Assembly (NCBI GenBank): GCA_965206845.1
Contig: OZ242221.1
Location: 32,001 to 96,000, forward strand
DNA length: 64,000 nucleotides
Direction: 5' to 3'
Origin: Cenarchaeum sp.
GTDB lineage: Archaea > Thermoproteota > Nitrososphaeria > Nitrososphaerales > Nitrosopumilaceae
The position numbers and the translations under genes are program-made. Positions 60,640-64,000 of this stretch are shown here, piece after piece (within the stretch, counting starts at the first letter, position 1; every line of letters begins with the position of its first letter). The notes under the pieces are model-generated. The model saw only the letters and a program-made list of their open reading frames with translations, was not told where the DNA came from and did not search any database.

Positions 60640-61076
60640 CTGCAAGGGATTGGGAATAGTGCCGCTCATCAGGATAAAGAAGAACGCCAACAGCAGGGCC
60701 GGCGGGGTGGGCAGGACGCGCGGCCTGGCCGCCCAGGATCAGCTGTGCGGCAACGATCCCGGCCCGAAAAGACTCGCCGCGCTGGACGAGTGCGAGCGCG
60801 TCCAGAACCAGAAGGACTGGAAGAGGTGGGTCGGCTACGGCCGGCGGTGGCTGGTGGAGATCGTGTTCTCGTCGCTCAAGCGGATGTTCGGCGGTTCCGT
60901 AAACGCGGTAAAGATGGAAAACATCGTCCAGGAGATCGCAATAAGGATCAACACGTACAACAGGCTGTTGGTGGTGGCACGGGAGGCGATCGCAGGAGCG
61001 TGAACGTAGAGTTGTCGCAAGCGCCCGCGCTTGGATCAAGGAGGTGCCATTAAGACCTAGGTTGTGAAACTAACTA
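60640..61076 (+). pseudogene. IS5-family transposase C-terminal fragment with right end
   Basis: WKRWVGYGRRWLVEIVFSSLKRMFG; terminus gttgtgaaactaacta shared with 18134. Confidence 0.85.
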
Positions 61077-61166
61077 CGATCCGGGCAAAGCATAAAATGT
61101 TGCACCCGCAAAGACAAGCATGGAATTCCACGCCGGCGCACGGCAGGGCTCCTCTCGGCCGTTGCC

Positions 61167-62909
61167 ATGAAAGCCAAGAAGCCGACGGCTCGACAGATAA
61201 GGAATCTGTGCACCGGGGAGTCGTTTGAGCAGGGGCGGCATTACTACGAGCAGGGCATGGTGGCATCGCCGCGCATAAGCGACACCGTCGTGATCGCGCG
61301 CGTCGGGAGTGTCACTCCGAACCGAAGGCCGGACGGGAGCCTCCCGACCGGCGGCACCGTTGTGATCTCCCTAGTCGGCAGGGGCGCCGGGGGCGTCAAG
61401 AATGCCGAACGAGTCAGGGCGCCAGATACCGGGCATGTCGTGGCAGCCCCGCTCGGTTCCTGCGACAGGGAGCACAGGTGCACATGCCCGTACGACGGAA
61501 AGGGGGCCTGCAGCCACGCCGTCGCGGTTCTGCTCTACGCGTCGGACAACTTTGAAAGGATGGCCAAAGACGCGAAGAGGCGAACCAGCCTCATCGGTGT
61601 CTCTCTTGAGGGAATAGTCAACGAGCAGCTGAGGGACTTTCTCATGTCTGAGATGAAGCGTGACGAGGGGCTGTGGAAGCGCTTTCTGGCCCGCGTTGAG
61701 ACCGGCGTGATCCGTGACTACCGCGCGGAGATTGACGCCGCGTATGCCAAGGATGGCGACCGATGGGGGTACAGGGGGGGCGTAAACCTCAGCGAGTTCT
61801 TCATGGCCGCCAAGGCCAACGAGAGGTGCAGAAACCTCGCGGAGGCCGGGCGGATATACGTGGACATGGCCGATGCCATCTACGCCAACATAGTACTCTC
61901 GTACAGCCACGGCGAGCGCTACGACGACTACGAGAAGGCCATAATCGGACTCGTGTCGTGCACGATCAGGCAGGATCGGGGATCCCGCGGGAGACGCCGG
62001 TGCATATCGTATCTGCTCGGGATGGTCGCAAAGGCCAAGATTGACGACGTTGTGGGCATCTGCGAGGATGCTCTGTGCGCGGTGTGCCCCGACAGGCAGG
62101 ACCTGGAGTACCTGAGGGATCTACTCGACCAGCTCGTTCCGGACACGGGTTCCCCCGATCGCCATTCCCTCCATAGCCGGAAGACCACAAGGCTGCTGCG
62201 CATGCAGGCCGATGTGCTGGGCAGGCTCGGAGACGAAGGGCAGGATGCATTCTGCGCAAAGTACTACAGGTACGATCCTGACATCTGCATGCGGTACCTC
62301 AAGATCCTGAACGAGTCGGATCCGGACAGGGCCATGCAGGTAATAGAGGAGGGCGGGCGCCTCTTTCCGCACATAGACATTGCGATGGCCGCGGCCGGAC
62401 TGTACCCGCGATCGGATCCGAGGCGGCTGGATCTGCTGAAGAGGATCTTCTACAAAAAGATGGATCACAGGTACTACCGCATGCTCCGTGACGAATCGAA
62501 CGACTGGCCGGGGATGGCCAAGTCCATAGCCGCGGATCTCAGGAAGGCCGGGCGGTTTGATGCCCTAGTCGCCGCGCTGCTTGCCGTGGGCGCCTACGGG
62601 AGGGCAGTCACCGAGGCGGTCTCGTGCGGCAGCCTTGAGGTGCTTGCGCTGCACCACGGCTACCTGTGCCCGAGGTATCCGGAACGGTACTACGCCGCCT
62701 ACAAGAGCCTCCTGGAAGACTTTGACATAACCGCAAGCAGCGACGGCCACAAAAAGTTCGCGAGGTATCTGAAGATGATGAAGTCCGTTCCGGGCCACGA
62801 GGAGGCGTTTGCGGGTTTTGTGGCATCCGTAATGGACAGGTACCGCAGGAGGTCTGCCCTTCTAAAGGAGATCAAGGCAGCCCTGATGCCGAGCCGAGCC
62901 GCAGTATGA
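61167..62909 (+). CDS. SWIM zinc-finger protein with helical repeat region
   Basis: SFEQGRHYY, CTCPY....CSHAVAVL SWIM motif. Confidence 0.85.
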   Translation: MKAKKPTARQIRNLCTGESFEQGRHYYEQGMVASPRISDTVVIARVGSVTPNRRPDGSLPTGGTVVISLVGRGAGGVKNAERVRAPDTGHVVAAPLGSCDREHRCTCPYDGKGACSHAVAVLLYASDNFERMAKDAKRRTSLIGVSLEGIVNEQLRDFLMSEMKRDEGLWKRFLARVETGVIRDYRAEIDAAYAKDGDRWGYRGGVNLSEFFMAAKANERCRNLAEAGRIYVDMADAIYANIVLSYSHGERYDDYEKAIIGLVSCTIRQDRGSRGRRRCISYLLGMVAKAKIDDVVGICEDALCAVCPDRQDLEYLRDLLDQLVPDTGSPDRHSLHSRKTTRLLRMQADVLGRLGDEGQDAFCAKYYRYDPDICMRYLKILNESDPDRAMQVIEEGGRLFPHIDIAMAAAGLYPRSDPRRLDLLKRIFYKKMDHRYYRMLRDESNDWPGMAKSIAADLRKAGRFDALVAALLAVGAYGRAVTEAVSCGSLEVLALHHGYLCPRYPERYYAAYKSLLEDFDITASSDGHKKFARYLKMMKSVPGHEEAFAGFVASVMDRYRRRSALLKEIKAALMPSRAAV

Positions 62910-63193
62910 GACGGTACGCCTCCAGAAGCCAGCCGCGGCGGGAGCCGGGGATTGGATCCCGGTGCGCCGTGGCTCGATCCGGACGGGGCAGACGGCGCGA
63001 ATTTTTTGTAACCCTGGCAGTACCTTCCGGGATCGGGGACGTGATCCGCGCGCCGTGGCTTCACAGCCGGGACACCTGTCCTCTCATCCCGGTCACCGGG
63101 TGAGCCGTCCCGGCGCGCCAGCTGCGGGCTACCCTTGGAGTGATCGTCGTCGGGCCTTTCCCCGCACCCAACATTTCGTCCCGGCAGGCCCGG

Positions 63194-63991
63194 TCACAGG
63201 AGCCCATGCCTGTCTAGGCTGGCAAGAACGTCAAACGGGATTACCGCCACCTTGTGCCTCCTAGGCGTCGGCGATCCGATCCTCACCCATGCACCCCTTG
63301 TCCTCTCCATTCCGACGAAGAGGATGCCCCTGCTCCTGAGTACCCCGATTGTAGATCGCGATCCGCCCTTGAACCACCGTCTCATCGTATCGTCCCTACC
63401 AAACCGCTTCTGCAAGCCGGCATACATCCGGAGTCCCCCTGTCTCTGCAACGTATCTCAGGCAGTCCATCCCGTCATCCGAGAGGCCGTCCACGGCGCGC
63501 CGTATCCCGTCAGACGTGAGCTCCGACGAGATCGCCACTGCCTTGTCCTTCTTGGTGCGGCACGGCATGTCAAGTCCCAAGGAGTCCCACACATGGTTTA
63601 TCATGGCGGCCGGAAGCTTGTTGAGCACCGTGAGCAACGCAGAGTCAGGCGAGGCGGAGGCGTATTCGGCATTCCTGATGTATTGCTTGATCCTCTCTTC
63701 CCGGCCGTGCCCCTTCTTCCTGCCGTACTCCTCAAAGTCGCGAGCCAAGTCGTCCACCATCACTATGCGGTGGGTAGACTTTGTTATCGCCATGCTTTGG
63801 AGGGTGTACGGCTCGTCGCGCCCATGCCCGGTGAGCCACCCAACGAAGGATTTTGTGAACGCCAGCCTCGCCGCCACGCTGAGGGCTGGCAGGATGCGGT
63901 ACAGGGTGCCGTTGCTGCGTGCCCTGGCGGTAACGAGTCCGCCCCCGTCGCTCTCCACCAGATCGAATTCGCCTATGACGCCATTCTGCAT
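63194..63991 (-). CDS. hypothetical protein, possibly extending beyond the window
   Basis: 265-aa ORF; frame open to the window edge. Confidence 0.6.
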   Translation of the reverse strand: MQNGVIGEFDLVESDGGGLVTARARSNGTLYRILPALSVAARLAFTKSFVGWLTGHGRDEPYTLQSMAITKSTHRIVMVDDLARDFEEYGRKKGHGREERIKQYIRNAEYASASPDSALLTVLNKLPAAMINHVWDSLGLDMPCRTKKDKAVAISSELTSDGIRRAVDGLSDDGMDCLRYVAETGGLRMYAGLQKRFGRDDTMRRWFKGGSRSTIGVLRSRGILFVGMERTRGAWVRIGSPTPRRHKVAVIPFDVLASLDRHGLL

Positions 63992-64000
63992 AAAGAGGAT

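Overview
Thaumarchaeal (Nitrosopumilaceae-like) chromosomal segment. The assignment rests on a CFI-box-CTERM protein, PurP, PolB, a parvulin, the methylmalonyl-CoA mutase/epimerase/MeaB cluster, PPDK and archaeal GAPDH. High GC plus expanded DUF285 proteins, orphan solute-binding proteins and many IS scars suggest a host-associated (e.g. sponge) lineage, which is inference. Layout: (i) 1-8.4 kb accessory/defence-like island with a stand-alone NurA-HerA pair, an HNH nuclease, an AT-rich three-gene cassette (HEPN-like plus PD-(D/E)XK), an IS630 relic and MITEs; (ii) a secreted DUF285 repeat protein; (iii) about 11-50 kb of mostly housekeeping genes interrupted by an IS5 pile-up, two multidomain solute-binding proteins and MITEs; (iv) an 8.5-kb DUF285 + Ig-like + PKD-like surface protein gene with several frame breaks; (v) an intact IS110 with 7-bp direct repeats, a downstream non-coding end (candidate bridge/seek RNA) and a hairpin target, followed by an IS5 fragment and a SWIM protein. 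No rRNA, tRNA or CRISPR array was seen. Best candidates for new biology are the archaeal IS110 RNA-guided recombinase, the NurA-HerA/HNH/HEPN-nuclease island and the hypervariable DUF285 arrays.
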